Assembly: GCA_963737265.1 (NCBI GenBank) | Contig: CAVTRY010000011.1 | Location: 448,001-512,000, forward strand | Reading direction: 5' to 3' | DNA from: an uncultured delta proteobacterium | Lineage (GTDB): Bacteria; Myxococcota_A; Polyangia; Fen-1088 | DNA: 64,000 nt | Shown: positions 21,772 to 31,476 of the stretch, in pieces | How the letters are laid out: every line of letters begins with the position of its first letter | Position numbering within the stretch: position 1 is the stretch's first letter | Translations under genes and position numbers: made by a program | Notes under the pieces: generated by a model | The model's input: the letters and a program-made list of their open reading frames with translations, nothing else | What the model was told of the DNA's origin: nothing | The model's database searches: none

Positions 21772-22668
21772 GTGAACAAAGAAGTTGTCAGCATGACGGG
21801 ATTCGGCAGAGCAAGCGCCACGCTTGGGCTGCGCACCGTCGGGGTGGAGATTCGTTCGCTCAACCATCGCGGCCTGGACGTGAAATTGCGTGCGTATGAT
21901 GTTCAGCTGGCACCTGAAATCGAAGCCGAAATCGTGCATATGACCCGCCAGCGCATGACCCGTGGCTCTATCGCCATCAGCCTGCGCGGCGATGTGGTTT
22001 CCGGAAACGACGATCCTTTTGCCATCGCTCGCGTGCGCCAGATGCACGCGGCGCTCGACGGTTTACGCCAGGAGCTTGGTCAAACGCAGCCACTCGATTT
22101 GGCGGCGGTGGGCCCGTTTCTGAGCGCGGCCAATCTCGGTACCGCGTTTGAAATTCCGGCCTCGAGTTGGGACGCAATTGCCCCGGCGATCGAAACCGCG
22201 CTAGCGCATTTGTGCGCCATGCGGGCGCGCGAGGGTGGGGCAATCCGCGCCGATCTCGAACAACGTCTGACCGCCTTGCGCGGTCTGGTGGAGCGGATCT
22301 CCGGGCTCGCGGCCGGCATTCCCGGTCGCGCCGCCCGCCGTCTCGAGGAACGATTGACGGCGCTGCTCGGTGCGACGCCGGCGGTGGACCCTGGGCGCCT
22401 GGCGCAGGAGGTGGCGATTCTGGCCGAGCGCTTCGACGTCAGCGAGGAGCTCGTGCGCTTGCGGTCGCACTTCGATCATCTCGGCGCGCTGTTGGCAGGA
22501 CAGGCGAAGGACGCGCCGGGGCGGCGCATCGACTTTCTGGCCCAGGAAATCGGGCGCGAAATCAACACGCTCGGCGCGAAGGTCCAAGACGCCGCCATCC
22601 TGTCGCTGGTCGTCGACGCCAAGGCCGAGCTGGAGAAGCTGCGCGAACAGGCGCAGAATATTGAGTGA
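21772..22668 (+). CDS. yicC: YicC/YloC family endoribonuclease
   Basis: SMTGFGR, EIRSLNHRGLD, DVSEELVRL, GRRIDFLAQE..REINTLGAK, EQAQNIE. Confidence 0.96.
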   Translation: MNKEVVSMTGFGRASATLGLRTVGVEIRSLNHRGLDVKLRAYDVQLAPEIEAEIVHMTRQRMTRGSIAISLRGDVVSGNDDPFAIARVRQMHAALDGLRQELGQTQPLDLAAVGPFLSAANLGTAFEIPASSWDAIAPAIETALAHLCAMRAREGGAIRADLEQRLTALRGLVERISGLAAGIPGRAARRLEERLTALLGATPAVDPGRLAQEVAILAERFDVSEELVRLRSHFDHLGALLAGQAKDAPGRRIDFLAQEIGREINTLGAKVQDAAILSLVVDAKAELEKLREQAQNIE

Positions 22669-22697
22669 AGGTTGCCAATCTCGGATTAAGTGAAGCG

Positions 22698-23342
22698 ATG
22701 TCCAGGGAAGTTCCGCGCGGCCTGCTGTTAGTCATTTCGTCACCGTCGGGCGCGGGCAAGACCACACTAGCGCGCCGATTGGCCGCGGAGTTCGATATCC
22801 GCTTCTCGGTGTCCTTCACCACGCGCAGCCCGCGCGCCGGCGAAGTCGAGGGCAAGGACTACTGCTTCGTCAGCAACGAGCGCTTTGACCAGATGATCGC
22901 GGCCAAGGAATTCGCGGAATGGGCGGTCGTGCACGGCAACCGCTACGGCACCAGTATCGCCGCGGTCAAGCAATCCATCGACGGCGGGCTCGACTGCCTG
23001 TTCGACGTCGACTACCAAGGCGGGCAACAGATCCGCAAGCTGTGGCCCGACGACAGCGTGCTGTGCTTCATCCTGCCCCCGTCCATGGAAGAGCTTGAAC
23101 GGCGGCTGCGCCGGCGCGCCACCGACGCGCCCGACGTCATCGAGCGTCGGCTTGCCATGGCGTGCAAGGAACTCCAGCACTACCACGAGTACGATTATCT
23201 GGTGGTGAACGACGATCTTTCTCGGGCCTACGATCAGCTGCGCGCGATCTACCTCGCGGCCCGTTGCACGCGCGCGCGGAAGGAACCGGTGGCGCAGGCA
23301 CTGCTGGCCGAGGCGGCAGCGCGCAGGTCCCAGAGCGCGTGA
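22698..23342 (+). CDS. gmk: Guanylate kinase
   Basis: SSPSGAGKTT, SFTTRSPRAGE..GKDY, VHGNRYGT, YDYLVVND. Confidence 0.98.
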   Translation: MSREVPRGLLLVISSPSGAGKTTLARRLAAEFDIRFSVSFTTRSPRAGEVEGKDYCFVSNERFDQMIAAKEFAEWAVVHGNRYGTSIAAVKQSIDGGLDCLFDVDYQGGQQIRKLWPDDSVLCFILPPSMEELERRLRRRATDAPDVIERRLAMACKELQHYHEYDYLVVNDDLSRAYDQLRAIYLAARCTRARKEPVAQALLAEAAARRSQSA

Positions 23343-25495
23343 TGGTGAGCATCGACGCCATCTGTGAATCGGTTCTGCAACGTCACCCGGCCGCGGACAT
23401 CGATCTGATTCGACGGAGCTACGCCTTCGCCGAGTCTGGGCACGCGGGACAGTTCCGCCGTTCGGGCGATCCGTACTTGGTTCATCCCATGGGCGTGGCC
23501 AAGATCATCTCCGATCTCAATCTCGACGTCGCGTCGATCTGCGCCGGCATGCTGCACGACTGCGTCGAGGACACCACGGCCACGTCGGAAAATATCGGCG
23601 AGAAATTCGGCTCCGAGATCCAGAAAATCGTCGATGGGGTTACCAAGCTTGGACAAATCCCGTGGACGACGCGCGAAGAGCGCCAAGCCGAGAATTTTCG
23701 CAAGATGCTCATGGCCATGGCGCGCGACATCCGCGTGATTCTGGTCAAGCTCGCCGACCGCGTGGACAACATGCGCACGCTCGAGTTCATGTCGCGCGAC
23801 AAACGCGAGCGCATCGCGCGCGAAACGCGCGAGATCTACGCGCCGATTGCCAACCGGCTTGGTATCCAGTGGATGAAGGTCGAGCTGGAAGATCTCGCGT
23901 TCAAATTCTTGGAACCGCAGGACTGGAACGACTTGCACGCCAAGATGGAAGGGACCGAGTCGCAGCGTGGCGCGTACATCAGCGACGTGTGCACCAAGCT
24001 CGGCGAGGTGTTGGCGGAGAATGAAGTCGACGGGCAGGTGAGTGGCCGCGCCAAGGGTTATTGGTCCATCTACCAGAAGATGAAGCGCACCGGCCGCGAC
24101 CTCGAACAGGTATTCGACATCATCGCCTTCCGTATCATCACCGACAGCGTACGCGACTGCTACGCCACGCTCGGCATCATTCATTCGAACTGGACGCCGG
24201 TTCCCGGCCGATTCAAGGACTACATCGCGCTGCCCAAGCCAAACCTTTATCAGTCGCTGCACACTACGGTGATCGGGCCGCGGTCCGAGCGCATGGAGGT
24301 CCAGATTCGCACGCACGAAATGCACCGCACGGCCGAGCAGGGCATCGCGGCGCACTGGCAGTACAAGGAGCAAGCGCCTCTGGGCGCGGGCGATCGGAAG
24401 GCGTTCGCCTGGCTACACCAGCTGATGGAATGGCAGCGCGACCTCAAGGATCCGGCGGAATTCATCCAGACCGTGAAGATCGATCTCTTCGAGGAAGAAG
24501 TCTTTGTCTTCACGCCGAAGGGCGATGTCAAAGCCCTGCCCAAGGGCTCCACGCCCATCGATTTTTCCTACGCGGTGCACTCGAAGATCGGCGACCACTG
24601 CTCGGGCGCGCGGGTGAACGGAATGATGGTTCCCTTGCGCTATCTGCTGCGCAACGGGGACATCGTCGACATCATCACGTCGCCCACGCAGCGGCCATCC
24701 AAAGACTGGTTGAAGTTCGTCGTCACCAGCCGAGCGCAAACCAAAATTCGCCATCATCTGCGCAACGAACAGCGCGAGCGAAGCCGACGCCTTGGGCGCG
24801 ATCTCCTGACCAAAGCCCTGCGCAACCAGCACCGATCTTTGGCCTCGGCCGAGCGGGACAAGCTGTTGGAAAAGGCCGCAGAATCCCTACATCTTGGCAG
24901 TGTCGACGAGATTCTGGTTCACGTTGGCTACGGAAAGCTGAATCCCGAGGCGGCGGCGCTGGCCATCTATCCCCAGGCATCATCCGACTTGACCTCGGAT
25001 AGCCCGCCGGCCGTCGGCACGGAGATCCGCTCGCAACCAAGACGCGATCCCCGTCGGTCGGTCGGCGGCGTCCGGGTTCAAGGCGAGGCGGATATCGTCG
25101 TTCGCTTCGCCAAGTGCTGCAGCCCGGTGCCTGGCGACGCGATCGTCGCCTTCATCAGCCGCGGTAGGGGGGTCATCGTTCACACCCGCCAGTGTCCCAA
25201 GGCCTTCAATCTCGATCCTGCTCGCAGCGTCGAGGTGAGCTGGGACGAAGAGACTCGACTTTTGCACCCCGTCGCCGTGGAAGTCATTTCAGAGGACAAA
25301 CCGGGGATTCTGGCCGCCATTTCCAAATGTTTCATGGAACACAGCGTGAACATCGCACAGGCCAAGTGCAGAGCTACCGACGACCATCGCGGACAAAACA
25401 CATTTCAGGTCGCGGTCAACCACGTCGACCAGCTAAAAAAGGTCCTGCGGGCCATCCAAGGGATCGAAGGCGTCATCTCAGCCGTCCGACTTTGA
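23342..25495 (+). CDS. relA: Bifunctional (p)ppGpp synthetase/hydrolase (long RSH)
   Basis: HD hydrolase (LHDCVEDT), KLADR, YQSLHTT, EVQIRT, TGS (VFTPKG..TPIDFSY), AKCCSP, ACT domain. Confidence 0.96.
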   Translation: MVSIDAICESVLQRHPAADIDLIRRSYAFAESGHAGQFRRSGDPYLVHPMGVAKIISDLNLDVASICAGMLHDCVEDTTATSENIGEKFGSEIQKIVDGVTKLGQIPWTTREERQAENFRKMLMAMARDIRVILVKLADRVDNMRTLEFMSRDKRERIARETREIYAPIANRLGIQWMKVELEDLAFKFLEPQDWNDLHAKMEGTESQRGAYISDVCTKLGEVLAENEVDGQVSGRAKGYWSIYQKMKRTGRDLEQVFDIIAFRIITDSVRDCYATLGIIHSNWTPVPGRFKDYIALPKPNLYQSLHTTVIGPRSERMEVQIRTHEMHRTAEQGIAAHWQYKEQAPLGAGDRKAFAWLHQLMEWQRDLKDPAEFIQTVKIDLFEEEVFVFTPKGDVKALPKGSTPIDFSYAVHSKIGDHCSGARVNGMMVPLRYLLRNGDIVDIITSPTQRPSKDWLKFVVTSRAQTKIRHHLRNEQRERSRRLGRDLLTKALRNQHRSLASAERDKLLEKAAESLHLGSVDEILVHVGYGKLNPEAAALAIYPQASSDLTSDSPPAVGTEIRSQPRRDPRRSVGGVRVQGEADIVVRFAKCCSPVPGDAIVAFISRGRGVIVHTRQCPKAFNLDPARSVEVSWDEETRLLHPVAVEVISEDKPGILAAISKCFMEHSVNIAQAKCRATDDHRGQNTFQVAVNHVDQLKKVLRAIQGIEGVISAVRL

Positions 25496-25557
25496 ACAGA
25501 AGTTGGCGGTCTTCTTCATTTGACCTACTGGTCCGCCTCTGCTAGTTGAAGCCGACC

Positions 25558-25725
25558 ATGGCATCGAACTCCCGCCAGACCTGGAAGCGACGAACGCGCC
25601 GGCACGCAAACGCCGGACGCAAGCGCAAGAACAAGGAAAGCCGTCACTCGACTCCGTCGGAGGCCGAGCTTTTCGCTGGACTGGGCGAGCCCGGCCAGCC
25701 CGCGGCCAAAACCGCGACGAAGTAG
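25558..25725 (+). CDS. 55-aa highly basic small protein (below ORF-track cutoff)
   Basis: Manual translation MASNSRQTWKRRTRRHANAGRKRKNKESRHSTPSEAELFAGLGEPGQPAAKTATK*; fills the rel-kinase gap on the same strand. Confidence 0.7.
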   Translation: MASNSRQTWKRRTRRHANAGRKRKNKESRHSTPSEAELFAGLGEPGQPAAKTATK

Positions 25726-25881
25726 CCGGTCGAGAACGCCCGGCGTCATTGACTGATAGCTTTCTCGCACCTCGACGGGACGAATGTTGATTTTGGGGGG
25801 TGCTCTGCCCTAAAATCCCCCAACTTCGCTCCCGCTTCCGGGTATTCCGCGCGGTCGGAGTGGCCTCACCTCTAGGTACAG

Positions 25882-27930
25882 ATGAAACTCTGCCCAACTT
25901 GCAAAACGCAGTACCCCGAGGACGCGAACTTCTGCCCGCTCGAGAGCTGCGCGACTCCCGACGGACCGCAGCGTCTTCAGCCCATCCAGACACGGCCCGC
26001 GTCCCGCTTTCAACCGATCGAAAAGCTTGGTGGCGGAAGAACGGGCGAGGTTTGGCGCGCGCGCGATAGCCAAACCGGAATCGAGGTGGCCTACAAGGCG
26101 GTGCCGGCCAATGTTCTCGCAACGCCGGCGATCGTCGCCAGGACGGAACGAGAATTCAGGCAGCTGATGCGGGTCAGCAGTCCCAAGATTGCGACGATCG
26201 TCGACTGCGAAAAGACCCCAGCGGGCGGGATTGTGGTAGCGATGGAGCTCTGGCAGAGCGATTCCCTCGAGCGCATCCTCGAAGCGGGGCCTGTCGCTTT
26301 TGCGCAAGCCAAGTCCATCGTGTTGCAAGTGGGGCAGGCACTTCTCGAAGCCCAGAAGGCCGGCTTGGTTCACCGCGACGTCTCCCCCAAGAATATTTTG
26401 GTCTCATCCTCCGGCGATGTGAAGGTTATCAACTTTCCCTTGCCCGTTCCTATCAACGACAAGGTGGCCGGGGTCGCGGCCTACCTGTCGCCCGAGCAGG
26501 TTCAGGGGAAACCCGTCGACCAGCGCTCGAATACCTACAGCCTCGCCGCGATTCTGTACCATTTGTTTACCGGAGAAACGCCCTTCCAGGGCGCCACGGT
26601 TCAGGCGGTGCTCGACATGCACGTGTCGTCGCCGATCCTGCCTCCGACGCAGCGACGTCCCAGCGCCAACCTTCCGGTGGACGCAGACAAGCTGATTCTG
26701 AAGGCTCTGGACAAGAGCTCCAGCCGCCGACATTTGACCCTTCGTTTGTTCTTGAACGAGCTCGAGGCCCTGAAAGCGCAGGCTGCCGGAGCCGCGAAGG
26801 TGGATCGCGGAGCCGGTCTAGCCAAGACCATGATGTTCGGGGGAAACCAAGCTGAAATCGCCAAGATGGTGGCCGAAGCGCGGGCCGCCAAGGCTGCCGC
26901 AAGCGGCATGACCCCCGCCACCGGCGTGGCGGCTACCAGTGGCCCGGCAGCGCCTCCGCCAATTGCGATAGGCCAAACCATTGCGGCGGGCATGATGTCG
27001 CCACACGCGGCGACGCAAGTTGAAGGGCTTTCTCGACCTGCCGCACCCGCGCAGCCTCGGCCGACCGGTCTCGCCGCGCACGCTCCGACCCCTGCGCCCT
27101 TTGTGAAGACGCCGCCACCGGTTCCGGTTCCATCCGCGCAAGCGACGGCACACGCGACACCCGCGGCTCCTCCGCCCGCTCAATCGCCGGCGATGCGGCC
27201 AGCCGAGGCGGGCAAGGCGCCGGCCCCAAAGGCGGGCTCCGCCTTTCGCGAAACCCTGTGGTTCAAGAAAGGCGATGTCGAGCAGATGGTGGCCGATGCT
27301 AAATCGAAACTGCAGGCCGCCGGCAAGGTTCCCGTCGAATCGGCCGAGCTGACGGATGACGCCAGACCGCTCGAGGATCGTTACCTCGATGATGGTTCGG
27401 TCACGGTTGAGGACCGGAAGAAGTTCTCATTGCGAACGGGAGGAACGGCGACCGCGATGCCGACCGCCGCCCCTTCTGTCGCGGGCGAAAAAATGGACGA
27501 GCGCGAGATCGTTGGCGAGATTGGCGGGGGTCGGCGCACCCTGATTCTCGTGATCGCGGCCGTGGTCATTCTTGCCCTCGTGGTGGTGATCGTCATGATG
27601 GCCAAGGGAAAAGGGAAGGGGACGTCGACTTTGCCGACTACCTCGTCCGCGGCGACTCTGGCTCTAGCCAATCAGGCGCCAAGGCCAGGCAGCGGTGCGG
27701 AGGGACACCTGGGGCCGCCGGATGCCGAGGTCGTGGCCGCGCCACGCGTAGCGACTCCGCCAGGAGTACCGGGAGCCCAAGCCGCGGTTCCCGGGCTTGG
27801 CACCTCCGACGGCAGCACCAAACCCAATGTTGGTGCTGCCGCCAGAGGTGCCAAGCCCGCGGTGGCCCAGGCGAAGAAGCCGGCGGCAAAGAAGAAGCCA
27901 GTGGTCAAGCGCGCCAAGCGCAAGCGCTGA
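25882..27930 (+). CDS. Ser/Thr kinase-like protein (probable pseudokinase) with N-terminal Zn ribbon and TM
   Basis: CPTC..FCPLESC ribbon, VAYK, HRDVSPKN, DFG replaced by NFP, YLSPEQ. Confidence 0.85.
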   Translation: MKLCPTCKTQYPEDANFCPLESCATPDGPQRLQPIQTRPASRFQPIEKLGGGRTGEVWRARDSQTGIEVAYKAVPANVLATPAIVARTEREFRQLMRVSSPKIATIVDCEKTPAGGIVVAMELWQSDSLERILEAGPVAFAQAKSIVLQVGQALLEAQKAGLVHRDVSPKNILVSSSGDVKVINFPLPVPINDKVAGVAAYLSPEQVQGKPVDQRSNTYSLAAILYHLFTGETPFQGATVQAVLDMHVSSPILPPTQRRPSANLPVDADKLILKALDKSSSRRHLTLRLFLNELEALKAQAAGAAKVDRGAGLAKTMMFGGNQAEIAKMVAEARAAKAAASGMTPATGVAATSGPAAPPPIAIGQTIAAGMMSPHAATQVEGLSRPAAPAQPRPTGLAAHAPTPAPFVKTPPPVPVPSAQATAHATPAAPPPAQSPAMRPAEAGKAPAPKAGSAFRETLWFKKGDVEQMVADAKSKLQAAGKVPVESAELTDDARPLEDRYLDDGSVTVEDRKKFSLRTGGTATAMPTAAPSVAGEKMDEREIVGEIGGGRRTLILVIAAVVILALVVVIVMMAKGKGKGTSTLPTTSSAATLALANQAPRPGSGAEGHLGPPDAEVVAAPRVATPPGVPGAQAAVPGLGTSDGSTKPNVGAAARGAKPAVAQAKKPAAKKKPVVKRAKRKR

Positions 27931-27933
27931 AGA

Positions 27934-27975
27934 CTGCAATCTGCAAGCTGCAAGGCGCAGGCTGCAGGCGGCAGA
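27934..27975. repeat. Degenerate 7-bp tandem repeat (CTGCAAG-like x6)
   Basis: ctgcaat ctgcaag ctgcaag gcgcagg ctgcagg cggcaga. Confidence 0.7.
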
Positions 27976-28098
27976 ACCGGCACTGCCGGGAAATCCCGAC
28001 GTGCCCACGAGTGGGGCGGATGGGGCCTGGGGCCGATTAAGTGATGATGGACCGGGACAGAACAACCCGGACCGGAGCGAGTGCCCCTCCGCGCCATG

Positions 28099-28662
28099 CT
28101 ACTCGTCGGCTATCGACAGGGTCATCCGTTGCGCCTTGCCGTCTCGCAAGTAGTCGACGACGATCGTGGGCGCGGCTCTGAGGGATTGGGCGACGTCGAA
28201 CGCTTGTTCGGGCTTCTCGATAGACTTTCCGTTTACCTTCTGGACGATGTCGCCGCTGCGCAGCTCGATGGCCTGGTAGCAAGGGTTGCCGGTATACATG
28301 GTCTTGATCACCCAGCCTTGAAAGCGGTGATTCGCGAGCACGCGATCGCCCTGCACACCCTGCAGCCACAACGGCAAGCCGGCGTCGATTAGGCGCACGA
28401 GCGCCGGCCGGCGCAAGACGCCCGGTTTGGAAAACATTTGGCATACCCGCGGCGGCGGAGTTGGTTCGACCGTTGGGGCGGGCGGAGGCGCCCGGTCGGG
28501 AGACAGCTCTGGCAAATCGAGCGGGGTGGGGGCGATTCCGAGCGCTGGCGGCGATGGCATCTCCTGCGAAGTGGCAGCGCAGGACGACAGCAACAGGGTG
28601 AGCATCGCCAGGGACGGTTCGAGGCGGAAGCGCAAGTGCTCCATCGAGGTGTATTGTCGCAT
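28099..28662 (-). CDS. PDZ-domain lipoprotein (GspC C-terminal-like)
   Basis: LSSC lipobox; FQGW, LRSGDIVQKVNG, RDGK. Confidence 0.75.
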   Translation of the reverse strand: MRQYTSMEHLRFRLEPSLAMLTLLLSSCAATSQEMPSPPALGIAPTPLDLPELSPDRAPPPAPTVEPTPPPRVCQMFSKPGVLRRPALVRLIDAGLPLWLQGVQGDRVLANHRFQGWVIKTMYTGNPCYQAIELRSGDIVQKVNGKSIEKPEQAFDVAQSLRAAPTIVVDYLRDGKAQRMTLSIADE

Positions 28663-28664
28663 GC

Positions 28665-29294
28665 TTAACCGGCGGGCGCGAACAGGGCGTCGATCTCCCG
28701 GCACAGGGCAGCAGTGACCGCGTCCTTGGTGGCGCCGCCATCAAGAATGACCGTGGACCAATCTTGCCCCGCCAATGCCCGGTAGTTGGCGGCGACCTTG
28801 GCGAGGAACGAGTCCGCGTCGTAGCGCTCGACTGGACGGCCCGCGGCCTCCCGCCGACGGGCCGCGATTTCAATCGGCAAATCGAGGAGAATCGTCAAAT
28901 CCGGGTGGCGAATGCCACGGGCCAGGCCGGCCACCCATTCGCGATCCGCTTCCTCGGCCTGGTAAGCGAGCGAGGAAAAGAGATAGCGGTCGGAGATTAC
29001 CGTCGCGCCCGCCGCCAATTGAGGCTCGATCTCCCGTTGCAAGTGATCGATTCTGTCGGCCGCGAACAACAAGGCCATGGTACGGCCGGCCATCGCGGCG
29101 CCATTCGGCATGGTCAGCCGTCCCACAAGCGCCTCACGCAAGAGGCGCCCGATCGGGCCGTCGCTGGGCTCCCGGGTGGCGACGGCGAAGTGCCCCAGAC
29201 CTCGTACATATGAGACCGCCCGGTCGAGCTGCGTGGTGGTGCCCGATCCGTCGATTCCTTCGAGAACAATGAACTTACCGCGGGCGCTGGTCAC
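28665..29294 (-). CDS. tmk: Thymidylate kinase
   Basis: FIVLEGIDGSGTTTQ, TREP, LLFAADR, SDRY..SSLAYQ; GTG start after AAGGAG. Confidence 0.97.
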   Translation of the reverse strand: MTSARGKFIVLEGIDGSGTTTQLDRAVSYVRGLGHFAVATREPSDGPIGRLLREALVGRLTMPNGAAMAGRTMALLFAADRIDHLQREIEPQLAAGATVISDRYLFSSLAYQAEEADREWVAGLARGIRHPDLTILLDLPIEIAARRREAAGRPVERYDADSFLAKVAANYRALAGQDWSTVILDGGATKDAVTAALCREIDALFAPAG

Positions 29295-29315
29295 GATGGT
29301 CTCCTTGGACAACTA

Positions 29316-29347
29316 TTACAACCAATCGATTGTTACAACCAATCGAT
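29316..29347. repeat. 15-bp direct repeat TTACAACCAATCGAT x2 in a divergent promoter region
   Basis: Copies at 29316-29330 and 29333-29347. Confidence 0.85.
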
Positions 29348-29418
29348 GCCGCTGCCGAGCTCGCTTGTCCTATACTCGATGGCGTTCCACTTACCACCTG
29401 TCACCACCCGGAATCCTC

Positions 29419-30912
29419 GTGCGCCGACCAACAACGCTCTTACTGACACCGCTGCTCCTCACGGCGATATGTGGTTGCAAACGTTCGCCTGGCGCCAAGA
29501 GCAGCCAGCCCCCGGGCGGCGCCGCGCCGGTGCTGCGCGACGCCCTTTGCCTGGAACAGCCGGACGGATGCATCTATTGCACCGGCCGTGACAGCGTGGC
29601 GGCACCGTTCCTGGAAGCCGACCAGTCGCGCCCGACGGTCTGCGATCCCAAGGACGAAGACAACTGCATCGAATTCTGCACCGCGCTTGCACCCGAATGC
29701 GCGCTGCCGTGGTCGTCCAGGCCACGCTGTATTTTTGATTCGGAATTGGAGTTTCAACGGGCCGCCTTCAACCGCGACACGTCAGACCGACCTGAGGTGA
29801 CCGTCACGGGCCGATTGGTCGACGACAGTGGACACCGAATAGAAGGTGCGCACATCGACGTTTGGGTCGCTCGTGGGGCGCAACAAACCGCGCTTGCGCA
29901 AGAGGTTTCCGCCAAGGATGGAACCTTTCGAATCCGCCTGCGCAGTGGACCGTGGACATACTCGTTGCGTTTCAGCAAGCCCGGTTTTGCCAGCGAGATC
30001 ATCGAACGTTTGCCGGCGGAGAAGGTGTCTCCGCCGGTCGGCAACCAGCCCAGAGTCATCCGACTTGGACCGGAAAATTCCATCAAAGGCAGAATTGTCG
30101 ACAGTTCGCCAGCAGCGATACCCGTGAACGACGCCGAAGTATCAGCCGCGCGCGCCTCGGAGGGTGGCGTCGAAAGCAGCAGCGCGCGCACGGGATCCGA
30201 TGGAAGCTTCACCCTCGGCGGCCTGGAAGCGCGCCGCTACTTCCTGCGCATAACGCGATTCGGCTGGCGACCGCTGCTCGTGAAAGGCGTCCAGGCGGGC
30301 CCGGGCGCGCGCGTCTCCATCAAACTCGCGCGAGCCACCGTGATCCGGGGCGTCGTGCGGGACAAGGACGGCGATCCTGAACCCAACGCCACGGTTGCCG
30401 CCGTGTTGTCCGAAATTCCCGGAATTCCGACGACGCCGATCTTCTGGACCACCGACAACACCGGAGCCTTCGCCCAGGATCGCTTCGCGCCAGGAACCTA
30501 CTACCTCTGGGCACGCCGCGGAGACATGCTGGCCTATCCGCCGGAGAAGATCGAATTGATGGATGGTGCCGATGTCGAGGTTTCCATCGTTCTCAAACAA
30601 AAGGGCGCGCGAGTCACGGGCACGGTTGTGCCTCAAGTCGGCTTTCCCATTTCACCCGACGCGCGGGCGCTCCTCATCAGTCGGTCCTCGCCGCTCGCTT
30701 TTCCCCGGCCGGCTGTGGCGGATCTGGACGACAACGATGGCCGCTTCGCCTTTACCGGACTTCTCCCCGGACGCTATGAGCTAAGCGTCCGCGATGGGAC
30801 CAAACCGCTGGCCATCGTTGCTGGACCACGCGAGGTGGAGATTCCCATCGATGCGGATGTGACCGTGCCCCTCAAGGACTCGATCGTGGTTCGGCCACGC
30901 GTATCGGAGTGA
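29419..30912 (+). CDS. Lipoprotein with Cys-rich N-terminus and repeated carboxypeptidase regulatory-like domains
   Basis: ICGC lipobox; repeated I.G.V.D...P...A.V and T..DG.F...GL..G.Y.L units. Confidence 0.8.
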   Translation: MRRPTTLLLTPLLLTAICGCKRSPGAKSSQPPGGAAPVLRDALCLEQPDGCIYCTGRDSVAAPFLEADQSRPTVCDPKDEDNCIEFCTALAPECALPWSSRPRCIFDSELEFQRAAFNRDTSDRPEVTVTGRLVDDSGHRIEGAHIDVWVARGAQQTALAQEVSAKDGTFRIRLRSGPWTYSLRFSKPGFASEIIERLPAEKVSPPVGNQPRVIRLGPENSIKGRIVDSSPAAIPVNDAEVSAARASEGGVESSSARTGSDGSFTLGGLEARRYFLRITRFGWRPLLVKGVQAGPGARVSIKLARATVIRGVVRDKDGDPEPNATVAAVLSEIPGIPTTPIFWTTDNTGAFAQDRFAPGTYYLWARRGDMLAYPPEKIELMDGADVEVSIVLKQKGARVTGTVVPQVGFPISPDARALLISRSSPLAFPRPAVADLDDNDGRFAFTGLLPGRYELSVRDGTKPLAIVAGPREVEIPIDADVTVPLKDSIVVRPRVSE

Positions 30913-30920
30913 GACGCTAG

Positions 30921-31313
30921 CTAGTTTAGGACGCGGAAGCGGTTGAGGCAGTCGTCGAGGACGCGCTGGCTCTCGTTCTCGAAGCCTTCGAAGCGGACTG
31001 CCATTCCAGAAACCGATCGCGTGGCGCCGTTTTGAACGTAGTTGACGAAGTAATGGTTCTTAACTTCGCCCACTGCCACGATTTCGGCTGTCTCCTCCGG
31101 GTTCATGAAGGAAATTCGAACGCGTGCGCCGAGGGGTAGGGGATCGCGCATTTCAAGGAAGATTCCACCGGCCGATACGTTTCGCGCGACGGCGGCCAAC
31201 TCCCCGAAAAGCACGGACTCCACCCGCACCGGGAATACCTTGTCGAAACGAAGGTGCTGGCGCTTCTCACCGCAAGCGTCTTGTCGATTTGACTGTGAAA
31301 TGCCGTGTCTCAT
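30921..31313 (-). CDS. PilZ-domain protein
   Basis: RQHLR (RxxxR) and NVSAGG (D/NxSxxG) c-di-GMP motifs. Confidence 0.9.
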   Translation of the reverse strand: MRHGISQSNRQDACGEKRQHLRFDKVFPVRVESVLFGELAAVARNVSAGGIFLEMRDPLPLGARVRISFMNPEETAEIVAVGEVKNHYFVNYVQNGATRSVSGMAVRFEGFENESQRVLDDCLNRFRVLN

Positions 31314-31476
31314 ACGTACACGGTACGACATATGGGCAGATGAAGTCAAATTACCTACATAAACCTTCATCAGTTTGGGTCTTCGTCGGGAACGCCATTG
31401 TTGCTTTCAATTAGCGGTTTCATTGAAAAATTGAGGTGGCTCTGTTACGGTGGACGTGCGAGGTTCTGCGCGGCGA

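Noticed and set aside
23330-23345. Missing rpoZ between gmk and rel
   Set aside because: Gene order is variable across bacteria; rpoZ is probably elsewhere.
25525-25770. Minus-strand 81-aa ORF as a ribosomal protein or other gene
   Set aside because: No recognisable motif; it is the shadow of the plus-strand 55-aa ORF.
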